From Oscillospiraceae bacterium (lineage in GTDB: Bacteria; Bacillota; Clostridia; Oscillospirales; Oscillospiraceae), in the NCBI GenBank assembly GCA_017415425.1, contig JAFQGT010000005.1, positions 25,038 through 89,037 of the forward strand: a DNA stretch of 64,000 nucleotides, read 5' to 3'. A program made the translations under genes and the position numbers. The notes beneath the pieces were generated by a model. It was given only the letters and a program-made list of their open reading frames with translations. It searched no databases and had not been told where the DNA came from. Each line of letters begins with the position of its first letter. Positions within the stretch are counted from its first letter, which is position 1. This document shows, in pieces, positions 36,082 through 44,809 of this stretch.

Positions 36082-36980
36082 GTGTAAACCTGTGTGGAAT
36101 TCCTCTGGATAATCCGATTATCCCTGCGTCCGGAACATTTGGTTTCGGCTATGAATATGCAGAGCTTTTTGACATCAATTGTCTGGGAACATTTTCTTTC
36201 AAAGGCACGACCAAAGATCCGCGGTTTGGCAATCCTACTCCCAGAATCGCAGAATGTACAGCGGGTATGATCAATGCTGTCGGTCTGCAGAATCCCGGTG
36301 TAGAAAAGGTGATCGCAGAGGAATTGCCGAAATTAAAAAAATGTTTCCACAAGCCTGTGATGGCCAATGTCAGCGGCTTTAGCGTGCCGGACTATGCTTA
36401 CACCTGCGAAAAGCTGGATAAAGAAGAACAAGTAGGTTGGCTGGAAGTCAATGTGAGCTGCCCGAATGTTCACGGCGGCGGTATGAGCTTCGGCACAGAT
36501 CCCAAGGCTGCAGCGGAAGTGACTGCGGCGGTAAAGAAGGTAACTACCAAGCCGGTGATCGTAAAGCTTTCTCCCAATGTCACTGACATTGTTTCCATTG
36601 CGAAGGCTTGTGAGGATGCTGGCGCAGACGGTATCAGCCTGATCAATACGATGCTGGGTATGCGGATCGATCTGAAGACCCGCAAGCCGGTCATCGCCAA
36701 TAAGATGGGCGGTTTCTCCGGCTCGGCGATCTTCCCGGTGGCAGTGAGAATGGTATATCAGGTGGCAAACACCGTAAAGATCCCGGTTGTGGGTATGGGC
36801 GGTGTCAGCGGCGCAGAAGATGTGATCGAAATGATGCTGGCCGGAGCAACTGCCGTGGAGGTGGGTGCTGCCAATTTGGTAAATCCATTTGTCTGTCGGG
36901 ATATTATCCAGCAGCTGCCTGCTGTTATGGACAAATACAGAATCAACACGTTAAGTGAAATTATAGGAGGCGCAAAATAA
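36069..36980 (+). CDS. pyrD: Dihydroorotate dehydrogenase, class 1B catalytic subunit
   Basis: Track ORF trimmed to ATG 36069, which overlaps the pyrK stop by 13 nt. NPIIPASGTFGFG, NVSCPN, GGVSGAED. Confidence 0.93.
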   Translation: MGRLSVNLCGIPLDNPIIPASGTFGFGYEYAELFDINCLGTFSFKGTTKDPRFGNPTPRIAECTAGMINAVGLQNPGVEKVIAEELPKLKKCFHKPVMANVSGFSVPDYAYTCEKLDKEEQVGWLEVNVSCPNVHGGGMSFGTDPKAAAEVTAAVKKVTTKPVIVKLSPNVTDIVSIAKACEDAGADGISLINTMLGMRIDLKTRKPVIANKMGGFSGSAIFPVAVRMVYQVANTVKIPVVGMGGVSGAEDVIEMMLAGATAVEVGAANLVNPFVCRDIIQQLPAVMDKYRINTLSEIIGGAK

Positions 36981-37678
36981 TGGGTAAGGATGTAATCGTA
37001 GCCTGCGACTTTGCCAGTGCGCAGCATACTTTTGAATTTTTGGACAAGTTCACCGGTCGGAAACCCTTTGTGAAGATCGGTATGGAACTGTATTATGCGG
37101 AAGGTCCTTCTGTTGTGAAGGAGATCAAGGCCCGGGGACATAAGATATTTCTGGATCTGAAACTGCACGATATCCCCAATACCGTGAAGAAGGCGATGGC
37201 TGTCCTGCGGAATCTGGATGTGGATATTACCAATCTGCACGCTGCCGGCACAAAGAATATGATGAGAGCCGCACTGGAGGGCTTGACCCGGGAAGATGGC
37301 ACAAGACCCCTGCTGATTGCGGTCACACAGCTGACCTCCACCGATCAGCAGAGTATGGAAGAGGATCTTTTGATCCACGCTCCCATTGACCAGGTGGTTA
37401 TGCACTATGCCAAGTGCGCGGAGGAAGCAGGTCTTGACGGCATCGTGTGCTCTCCTCTGGAGGCGGGCAAGGTCCACAATACCTGTGGCAAGAGCTTTTT
37501 GACTATCACACCCGGCGTCCGCTTTGCCGACGGTGATGTTGGGGATCAGAAGCGGGTTATGACTCCTGCCCAGGCTAAGGAAATCGGTTCTGATTACATC
37601 GTGGTGGGTCGTCCTATTACCGCTGCTGCGGATCCTGTGGCTGCCTATGAGCGCTGCGTGGCAGAATTCTGCGACTAA
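36980..37678 (+). CDS. pyrF: Orotidine 5'-phosphate decarboxylase
   Basis: The ATG overlaps the pyrD stop (ATAATG). DLKLHDIPNTV, VVGRPI. Confidence 0.93.
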   Translation: MGKDVIVACDFASAQHTFEFLDKFTGRKPFVKIGMELYYAEGPSVVKEIKARGHKIFLDLKLHDIPNTVKKAMAVLRNLDVDITNLHAAGTKNMMRAALEGLTREDGTRPLLIAVTQLTSTDQQSMEEDLLIHAPIDQVVMHYAKCAEEAGLDGIVCSPLEAGKVHNTCGKSFLTITPGVRFADGDVGDQKRVMTPAQAKEIGSDYIVVGRPITAAADPVAAYERCVAEFCD

Positions 37679-37699
37679 AATTACGAAAGGAAAACTGTT

Positions 37700-38353
37700 A
37701 TGGAAAGCTACAAGAGAGAATTTATTCAGTTCCTCCAGAGCGCTGGTGTACTGAAATTTGGCGATTTTACCGCTAAGAGCGGCCGTAAAATCCCTTACTT
37801 TATCAATGCCGGTATGATCAAGACCGGTGACGAGATCGCAAAATTGGGCGAGTTCTACGCAAAGGCATACTTTGAAAAGATTGGCAAGAAGCCTTCTGTA
37901 TTGTACGGCCCTGCTTACAAGGGTATTTCCATTGCGGTATCTGCCGCAGTTGCGCTGAGCAAGGAAGGTCTGAATGTGCCGTTCTTCTTTAATCGGAAAG
38001 AGGTCAAGGATCACGGCGAAGGCGGCGTATTTGTAGGCTATGTTCCCCAAGCTGGTGAGGAAGTGGTCATTGTGGAAGATGTGATCACCGCCGGTACTGC
38101 CATCCGTGAGAGTATGGCAATTCTGTCTGCTCTTGAGGGCGTCAGGGTAGCGGCCACCTTTGTTATGGTGGACCGGAAGGAAAAGGGCAAGGGTGAAAAG
38201 GGTGCTATGCTGGAAGTTGAAGAGGAATTTGGTTTCCCGGTCTACTCTGTTGTGGATGTATACGACATTATCGAGTATTTGGAAGAAGACCCTGCCAACG
38301 AAGAAAATGTTACAAGAATTAAAAATTACTTGGCTGTGAATGGAGCAAAATAA
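37700..38353 (+). CDS. pyrE: Orotate phosphoribosyltransferase
   Basis: [19 protein letters not shown] and the PRPP loop [13 protein letters not shown]. Confidence 0.9.
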   Translation: MESYKREFIQFLQSAGVLKFGDFTAKSGRKIPYFINAGMIKTGDEIAKLGEFYAKAYFEKIGKKPSVLYGPAYKGISIAVSAAVALSKEGLNVPFFFNRKEVKDHGEGGVFVGYVPQAGEEVVIVEDVITAGTAIRESMAILSALEGVRVAATFVMVDRKEKGKGEKGAMLEVEEEFGFPVYSVVDVYDIIEYLEEDPANEENVTRIKNYLAVNGAK

Positions 38354-39438
38354 TGAGAAGCTTAATTGACATTGTTGATTTTTCCGTTTCTGAAATTGAT
38401 GAGCTGCTGAAGGTTGCTTGTGACATCAGTGAAAATCCCGGTAAGTATGCAGATAGCTGCAGGGGAAAGAAGCTGGCAACTCTGTTTTTTGAGCCGTCTA
38501 CCCGTACCCGGTTGAGTTTTGAAGCGGCTATGTATGAACTGGGCGGTAATGTGATCGGTTTCAGCGAGGCTAGTTCTTCCTCTGCTTCCAAGGGTGAGAG
38601 TATTGCCGATACCGCAAAGATCCTCTCTTGTTATGCCGACATTATGGCTATTCGACATCCCAAGGAGGGCGCACCCTATGTGGCTGCGGTTAATGCGTCC
38701 GTTCCGGTGATCAACGCCGGCGACGGCGGACATTGCCACCCCACTCAGACTTTGGCGGATCTACTTACCATTTATCGGGAATGTGGGAGATTGAACGATC
38801 TCACCATCGGTTGCTGCGGCGACCTGAAATACGGCAGAACCGTCCACTCTCTGATCTCCGCAATGGGTCGGTATGAGAATATCAAAGTTGTTCTGATTTC
38901 TCCGGAAGAACTGAAACTGCCCAAATATGTGAAATACGAGGTACTGGATAAGTACGGTATGGAGTATGTGGAAACCACCTCTTTGGAGGAGGTTATGCCG
39001 GAGCTGGATGTGCTGTATATGACTCGGATCCAGCGTGAGCGCTTTGATGACCCGTTTGTGTATGAGCGCCTGAAGGACAGCTACATTCTGACTCCTGAAA
39101 AAATGGCTGCGGCAAAGCCCGCTATGCGCGTTCTGCATCCGCTGCCCAGAGTTAATGAGATCAGCATCAAGGTAGATGATGATCCCAGAGCAGCTTATTT
39201 TCGCCAGGCTCTGAACGGCAAACTGATGCGTATGGCGCTGATTCTGAAATTGCTGAGAGAAGCCGAAGAGGGCAGACAGATGGAGAGAATCGTAACAGCC
39301 GATGATGTTGAGCTCATTTGCGATAATCCCCGCTGTATCAGTGCCACTGAGCAGGAACTGCCCCACAAGTTTAGACTGGTGGATACCACACACGGCATCT
39401 ACCGTTGCATCTACTGCGAGGCCAAGAAAAAGCTTTAA
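38353..39438 (+). CDS. pyrB: Aspartate carbamoyltransferase catalytic chain fused to a PyrI-type zinc domain
   Basis: STRTR, HPTQ and HPLPR motifs lie in residues ~1-300. Residues ~310-361 read [35 protein letters not shown] (C-x4-C ... C-x2-C). This lines up with the E. coli PyrI C-terminus, CPNSNCISH...CKYCE. Confidence 0.93.
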   Translation: MRSLIDIVDFSVSEIDELLKVACDISENPGKYADSCRGKKLATLFFEPSTRTRLSFEAAMYELGGNVIGFSEASSSSASKGESIADTAKILSCYADIMAIRHPKEGAPYVAAVNASVPVINAGDGGHCHPTQTLADLLTIYRECGRLNDLTIGCCGDLKYGRTVHSLISAMGRYENIKVVLISPEELKLPKYVKYEVLDKYGMEYVETTSLEEVMPELDVLYMTRIQRERFDDPFVYERLKDSYILTPEKMAAAKPAMRVLHPLPRVNEISIKVDDDPRAAYFRQALNGKLMRMALILKLLREAEEGRQMERIVTADDVELICDNPRCISATEQELPHKFRLVDTTHGIYRCIYCEAKKKL

Positions 39439-39522
39439 TATCAGAAGACAGGATACTATACAAATTCAAGGCAGGTTTTGGCGTCGTTCGTGTCAAAAAC
39501 AGAGAATCCGTTAGAACCTGCC

Positions 39523-39551
39523 TTGACATAGAAACCCCGGCGTGATAAACT
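39523..39551 (+). promoter_or_regulatory. Sigma-A type promoter of the pur operon leader
   Basis: TTGACA (39523-39528), 17-nt spacer, TAAACT (39546-39551), with an extended -10 TGA. Confidence 0.5.
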
Positions 39552-39571
39552 TAACAAGTAAAATTATAATC

Positions 39572-39648
39572 GTTCTTTGCGACTGACGGAGATAGTGGAG
39601 TACCACGGGGGACCAAAGAATGTAGGCAAGCCGACCGTCTGGGCGCAT
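39572..39648 (+). promoter_or_regulatory. ZTP (pfl motif) riboswitch
   Basis: The sequence is CTTTGCGACTGACGGAGATAGTGGAGTACCACGGGGGACCAAAG...CCGACCGTCTGGGCGCA. P1 is CTTTG/CAAAG and P2 is GTGG/CCAC. The pseudoknot GACGG/CCGTC covaries with the consensus GGCGG/CCGCC. The 3' CUGGGC motif is conserved. Confidence 0.85.
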
Positions 39649-39682
39649 TTAACTCTTTGCTTGGGTTGAGTGCGCTCTTTTT
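39641..39682 (+). terminator. Expression-platform terminator of the ZTP riboswitch
   Basis: The left arm GGGCGCA overlaps the 3' end of the aptamer and pairs with TGCGCTC. TTTTT follows, 31 nt upstream of the purE ATG. The stem is interrupted, so confidence is moderate. Confidence 0.55.
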
Positions 39683-39713
39683 GCGTCTTTGTTTGAAATG
39701 TTGGAGGTAACAG

Positions 39714-40202
39714 ATGAAAAAAGTTGGCATTATTATGGGAAGCGACAGTGATCTGCCCATTGTGCAGAAGGCTGTTGATATGCTGAAAAGTTTGGAAATT
39801 CCGTACGAAGTACATATCTATTCTGCCCACAGAACACCTGTGGAAGCCCGCGACTTTGCGTTGAATGCAAGAGCAAATGGATTCGGTGCCATTATCTGTG
39901 CTGCCGGTATGGCGGCCCACTTGGCAGGTGCGATCGCTGCCAATACCACTCTTCCGGTAGTGGGTATTCCTTGTAAGGGTGGTATGATGGACGGCCTGGA
40001 TGCCCTTCTGTCCACAGTACAGATGCCTACGGGCATTCCTGTTGCAACAGTTGCTATCAACGGAGCGGCCAACGCTGCACTGCTGTGTGCCCAGATCATC
40101 GCAGTGGAAGATGCTGCGCTGGCCGCAAAATTGGATGCAAAACGCGCAGCTGACGCGAAGAAGGTTCTGGAGAAAGATGTCTCCATTGCTGCAAATCTGT
40201 AA
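39714..40202 (+). CDS. purE: Phosphoribosylaminoimidazole carboxylase catalytic subunit / N5-CAIR mutase
   Basis: [36 protein letters not shown]. Confidence 0.93.
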   Translation: MKKVGIIMGSDSDLPIVQKAVDMLKSLEIPYEVHIYSAHRTPVEARDFALNARANGFGAIICAAGMAAHLAGAIAANTTLPVVGIPCKGGMMDGLDALLSTVQMPTGIPVATVAINGAANAALLCAQIIAVEDAALAAKLDAKRAADAKKVLEKDVSIAANL

Positions 40203-40243
40203 GTAAGAAGATCACACTCAACATCATAAAGGAGATAACAATT

Positions 40244-40930
40244 ATGGAAAAGAAGCTTATTTATACCGGCAAGACGAAGGATGTTTATGCGCTGGAAAAC
40301 GGTAACTGCCTGCTGAAGTTTAAGGATGATTGCACCGGTAAAGACGGCGTATTTGATCCCGGTGAGAACGCGGTTGGTCTGACCATTGACGGCGTGGGCG
40401 ATGTCAACCTGCGGATGTCTATTTATTTCTTTGAGAAGATCAATGCTGCGGGAATTCGTACCCACTATGTCAGCGCCAATCTTGAGGATACCACTATGGA
40501 AGTCCTGCCTGCAAAGGTATTTGGTAAGGGTCTGGAAGTTATCTGCCGCGAGCGTGCTGTGGGTTCCTTTATTCGTCGTTATGGCGCGCTGATTGAGTCC
40601 GGTGCCAAGCTGCCTTCTTATGTGGAGACTACCCTGAAGGACGATGCCAAGGGCGATCCGCTGATCACCAAGGACGCGCTGGTTGCAATTGGTGTTATGA
40701 CCGATCAGCAGTATGAGGATCTAAAGGCTCAGACTCAGGCTATCACCAAGATCGTCGCTGACGATCTGGCTGCTAAGGGTATGGAACTGTATGACATCAA
40801 GTTTGAGTTCGGCTATGATCCCCAAGGCAATGTTATGCTGATCGATGAAGTTGCCTCCGGCAATATGCGTGTCTATAAGGACGGCGAATATGTTGATCCT
40901 ATGACCTTGAACAAACTGTTCTTCGCGTAA
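40244..40930 (+). CDS. purC: SAICAR synthetase
   Basis: [31 protein letters not shown]. Confidence 0.92.
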   Translation: MEKKLIYTGKTKDVYALENGNCLLKFKDDCTGKDGVFDPGENAVGLTIDGVGDVNLRMSIYFFEKINAAGIRTHYVSANLEDTTMEVLPAKVFGKGLEVICRERAVGSFIRRYGALIESGAKLPSYVETTLKDDAKGDPLITKDALVAIGVMTDQQYEDLKAQTQAITKIVADDLAAKGMELYDIKFEFGYDPQGNVMLIDEVASGNMRVYKDGEYVDPMTLNKLFFA

Positions 40931-40960
40931 TTTTATTTCTGGCAAAACCGTAAGGAGGAA

Positions 40961-42388
40961 ATGACCTTGGGTGGCTTTTTCGGAGCAATTTCCCGCCGTG
41001 ACTGTGTTTTGGATATTTTCTTCGGTGTTGACTACCATTCTCACCTGGGCAATCGCCGGGGTGGTATGGTGATCTATCATCCGGAGACAGGCTTCCAGCG
41101 GCAGATCCATAATATTGAGAATACCCCCTTCAGAACGAAGTTTGAAGGAGATTTGCGTGATTTTCAGGGTAATATTGGTATGGGCTGTATCAGTGATACA
41201 GATCCCCAACCGCTAATGGTTCGCTCCCACTTGGGTCTGTATGCTATTTCTGTGGTGGGAATTATCAATAATGCGGAGGAACTGATCGAGAAGTATTTTT
41301 CCGATCATGGCCATCAGTTTATGGCTATGTCCTCCGGCAAGATCAACCAGTCGGAGCTGATCGCTGCACTTATTAATCAGAAAGACTCTTTGGTAGAGGG
41401 TATTGCCCACGCGCAAAATTCTGTGGACGGTTCTGCTACAATCCTTCTTATGACGAACGAAAGCATCATTGTAGCCCGGGACAAACTGGGCCGTCTGCCG
41501 GTGCTGATCGGCAAAGGAGAGGATGGCTGCTGCGTATCCTTTGAATCCTTTGTATATCACAAACTGGGATATGAGGATCATTACGAGCTAGGCCCGGGAG
41601 AGATCGTACAGCTGACAGCGGATGGTACGGTAGTGCTGAAGCCCGCAGGCAAAGATATGAAGATTTGCGCCTTCCTGTGGACCTACTACGGCTACCCCAA
41701 CTCCAATTATGAGGGTAAAAACGTAGAGGTTATGCGTTGCCGCAACGGCGAGATTATGGCTCGCAATGAAATGGGGCGAGGTACAATGCCGGATGTGGAC
41801 TATGTAGCCGGCGTTCCGGATACCGGCGTGCCCCATGCGATTGGCTATGCAAACAGAAGTCATAAGCCCTTTGCAAGACCCTTCGTGAAATATACCCCTA
41901 CTTGGTCCCGTTCCTTTACGCCTTCTAATCAGGCAGTGCGCAGCCAGGTGGCAAAAATGAAGCAGCTGCCTGTGCCTGAACTGATCGTGGGAAAGAAACT
42001 CCTTTTGGTGGATGATTCCATTGTCCGCGGCACGCAGCTTCGAGAGACAGTAGAATTTCTGTATGAGAGTGGCGCAAAGGAAGTGCATATGCGTTCTGCT
42101 TGTCCACCTGTGTTTTACGCCTGTAAGTATCTGAATTTCTCCCGCAGTAATTCTGCAATGGAGCTGATTGCACGGAAAACAATACAGGAGCTGGAGGGTG
42201 ATGAGGCCGAAAAGCATATTGCCGAGTACGCAGAGTCCACCACAGAGCGAGGACAATGCCTTGCAAAGGCAATTTGTGAAAAGCTTGGATTTGACTCTCT
42301 GGGCTACCAGTCACTGGATGGCCTAATGGAGGCAATCGGTATTGATCCAGATAAGATCTGCACTTATTGCTGGAATGGCAAAGGTTAA
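40961..42388 (+). CDS. purF: Amidophosphoribosyltransferase with degenerate glutaminase domain
   Basis: The PRTase domain is intact (LLLVDDSIVRGTQ) and Cys-rich segments are compatible with an Fe-S type PurF. The N-terminus reads M-T-L-GGFFGAIS, where canonical PurF has CG(I/V)(F/V)G. SD spacing favours TTG 40967 as the start (MGGFFG..). Confidence 0.88.
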   Translation: MTLGGFFGAISRRDCVLDIFFGVDYHSHLGNRRGGMVIYHPETGFQRQIHNIENTPFRTKFEGDLRDFQGNIGMGCISDTDPQPLMVRSHLGLYAISVVGIINNAEELIEKYFSDHGHQFMAMSSGKINQSELIAALINQKDSLVEGIAHAQNSVDGSATILLMTNESIIVARDKLGRLPVLIGKGEDGCCVSFESFVYHKLGYEDHYELGPGEIVQLTADGTVVLKPAGKDMKICAFLWTYYGYPNSNYEGKNVEVMRCRNGEIMARNEMGRGTMPDVDYVAGVPDTGVPHAIGYANRSHKPFARPFVKYTPTWSRSFTPSNQAVRSQVAKMKQLPVPELIVGKKLLLVDDSIVRGTQLRETVEFLYESGAKEVHMRSACPPVFYACKYLNFSRSNSAMELIARKTIQELEGDEAEKHIAEYAESTTERGQCLAKAICEKLGFDSLGYQSLDGLMEAIGIDPDKICTYCWNGKG

Positions 42389-42408
42389 ATAGAGAAGGAG
42401 TTTGAGCT

Positions 42409-43455
42409 ATGGAAAAAAGTTATTCCGAAAGCTACGCTGCTGCCGGTGTGGACATTACTGCCGGTTATAAATCTGTGGAACTGATGAAGAAGCACATCAA
42501 GCGCACCAGGAATGAAGGCTGCCTGGACGATGTAGGCGGCTTTGGCGGCTGCTTCGGTCTGAATGTGGCCGGTATGGAAGAGCCGGTACTGGTCTCCGGA
42601 ACCGACGGCTGCGGCACGAAGGTAAAACTGGCGATACTTATGGACAAGCACGACACCATTGGTATCGATGCAGTAGCGATGTGTGTTAACGATATTATCT
42701 GCTGTGGTGCAAAGCCTTTGTTTTTCCTGGATTACATTGCCTGCGGCAAAAACTATCCGGAAAAGATTGCTACCATCGTTGGCGGTGTTGCGGAAGGCTG
42801 TGTACAGTCCGGTGCAGCGCTGATCGGCGGCGAGACTGCAGAGCACCCGGGTCTTATGCCGGTTGATGAGTATGATCTGGCGGGGTTTGCTGTTGGCGTG
42901 GTTGACAAAAAGAAGATGATTGACAATACCCGTATGGCAGCAGGGGATGTGGTGATTGCGTTGGCATCCACCGGCATTCATTCCAATGGTTTCTCCCTGT
43001 GCAGGAAAGTGTTTGATATTGATAATAACAATCCCAATCTGTATGTACCCCGGGATGAATTGGGCGGCAAGACCGTGGCTGAAGCACTTCTGGTGCCTAC
43101 CAGAATTTATGTAAAAGCCATTTTGGCTTTGTTGGAACAAGTGGAAGTGAAGGGTATTTCTCATATTACCGGCGGCGGTTTCTATGAAAATATTCCCCGT
43201 AGCATTCCCAACGGTCTGGGCGCTGTGATTGAGCGCAGCGCTGTGAAAGTATTGCCCATCTTTGATCTGATTGCCAAGACCGGCAATATCCCGGAACGGG
43301 ATATGTTCAATACATACAATATGGGCGTCGGTATGAGTGTGGTGGTAAACTCCGAGGATGTGGATAAGGCACTGGAAATCCTCGCCGCCAATGGGGAGAC
43401 CGCCTATGTGATCGGTAAGATCGTTGCGTCCGACGAAAAGATAACCATTGTCTAA
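42409..43455 (+). CDS. purM: AIR synthetase
   Basis: DVGGFGG, GTDGCGTK, GGETAEHPG, HITGGGF. Confidence 0.95.
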   Translation: MEKSYSESYAAAGVDITAGYKSVELMKKHIKRTRNEGCLDDVGGFGGCFGLNVAGMEEPVLVSGTDGCGTKVKLAILMDKHDTIGIDAVAMCVNDIICCGAKPLFFLDYIACGKNYPEKIATIVGGVAEGCVQSGAALIGGETAEHPGLMPVDEYDLAGFAVGVVDKKKMIDNTRMAAGDVVIALASTGIHSNGFSLCRKVFDIDNNNPNLYVPRDELGGKTVAEALLVPTRIYVKAILALLEQVEVKGISHITGGGFYENIPRSIPNGLGAVIERSAVKVLPIFDLIAKTGNIPERDMFNTYNMGVGMSVVVNSEDVDKALEILAANGETAYVIGKIVASDEKITIV

Positions 43456-43471
43456 AAGCGAGGGATTTGGG

Positions 43472-44068
43472 ATGGAAAAAGCGAGAATCGCGGTGCTGGT
43501 GTCCGGAGGAGGTACCAATCTGCAGGCGCTGATTGATGCCCAGCAGAACGGGATTCTGAAAAGCGGTGCGATCCGGGTAGTTATTTCCAATAACCGGGAT
43601 GCCTATGCACTGACCCGTGCGGCCAAATTCGGTATTGCCGGGGAAGTGGTGCTGAAAAAGGAACTTGGCAGTCAGGGGGCTTTTGAAGATCGGATCAAAG
43701 AGATTTTGAATCAGTATCAGATCGATGTTATCGTCTTGGCTGGCTTTATGTCCATTCTCAGCCAGTCGTTTACATCCTGCTACCCCAAGCGAATTCTCAA
43801 TATCCATCCCTCGTTGATACCCTCTTTTTGCGGTGAGGGATTTTACGGACTTCGTGTCCACGAAGCTGCCCTCAACTATGGCGTGAAAGTGACCGGCGCA
43901 ACAGTCCACTTCGTCAATGAAATTCCTGATGGGGGAGAGATCATCCTCCAGAAAGCTGTGGATATTCAACCGGACGATACGCCGGAGACCCTGCAAAAGC
44001 GCGTAATGGAGCAGGCAGAGTGGATAATATTGCCTGCGGCGGTAGAGCAGGTTTGTAGTCAACTGTGA
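43472..44068 (+). CDS. purN: Phosphoribosylglycinamide formyltransferase
   Basis: Track ORF trimmed to ATG 43472, after GAGGGA. VLVSGGGTNLQALID, NIHPSLIPSF, TVHFVNEIPDGGEI. Confidence 0.92.
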   Translation: MEKARIAVLVSGGGTNLQALIDAQQNGILKSGAIRVVISNNRDAYALTRAAKFGIAGEVVLKKELGSQGAFEDRIKEILNQYQIDVIVLAGFMSILSQSFTSCYPKRILNIHPSLIPSFCGEGFYGLRVHEAALNYGVKVTGATVHFVNEIPDGGEIILQKAVDIQPDDTPETLQKRVMEQAEWIILPAAVEQVCSQL

Positions 44069-44083
44069 GAAAGGAATTCTGAT

Positions 44084-44797
44084 ATGAACGTATATGAAAT
44101 CGGTTCTCTGAAAGAGAAGCTTTCCACCAATACATACCCCGGCCGCGGTATCGTGCTGGGTGTGACACCCGACGGTACTCATTCCGTCGCGGCTTACTTT
44201 ATTATGGGCCGCAGTGTGAACAGCCGTAACCGCGTATTTGTGCAGGAACCGGATGGCATTCGCACAGAAGCCCACGATCCCAGCCTGATGAAAGATCCGC
44301 ACCTGATTATCTATCATCCCGTTCGGGAAGCGGGCTGCGGTCTGATCGTCACCAACGGTGATCAGACTGACACCATTTGGGAGTACCTGGCAAGAGGGGA
44401 GAGCTGGGAAGCAGCTCTGCGTACCAGAGAGTTTGAGGATGATGGTCCTAACTGGACGCCCAGAATCTCCGGCCTGCTGGCCGGTGACGGCAGCTATAAG
44501 ATGTCTATTCTGAAATCTGCCGATGCAGAAGGAACTGGCTGCGCAAGATTCTTCTATGAATATCCCGGTATCGCAGGTCTGGGTCATTTTATTCATACCT
44601 ATGTCTGTGACGGAAACCCTGTGATCCCTACTTTCCAGGGCGAACCGGAGCGGGTAGCTATGGACAATGATATGGATGCATTTTCCAATATGCTTTGGAC
44701 AAGCCTGAATCCGGACAATAAGATCTCTCTGTTTGTCCGTTACACGAATCTAAAAACCGGTGAATTTACTCAGAAAATCTTTAATAAGCATCAGTAA
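44084..44797 (+). CDS. purO: IMP cyclohydrolase, PurO (archaeal) type
   Basis: YPGRGIVLGVTPDG..AAYFIMGRSVNSRNR, IVTNGDQTDTI and NWTPRISG align by eye with Methanocaldococcus PurO (YLGRILAVG..SSRSFPNR, VVSNGSHTDTI, NTPRIAA). Confidence 0.85.
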   Translation: MNVYEIGSLKEKLSTNTYPGRGIVLGVTPDGTHSVAAYFIMGRSVNSRNRVFVQEPDGIRTEAHDPSLMKDPHLIIYHPVREAGCGLIVTNGDQTDTIWEYLARGESWEAALRTREFEDDGPNWTPRISGLLAGDGSYKMSILKSADAEGTGCARFFYEYPGIAGLGHFIHTYVCDGNPVIPTFQGEPERVAMDNDMDAFSNMLWTSLNPDNKISLFVRYTNLKTGEFTQKIFNKHQ

Positions 44798-44809
44798 GGA
44801 GAATGGGAT

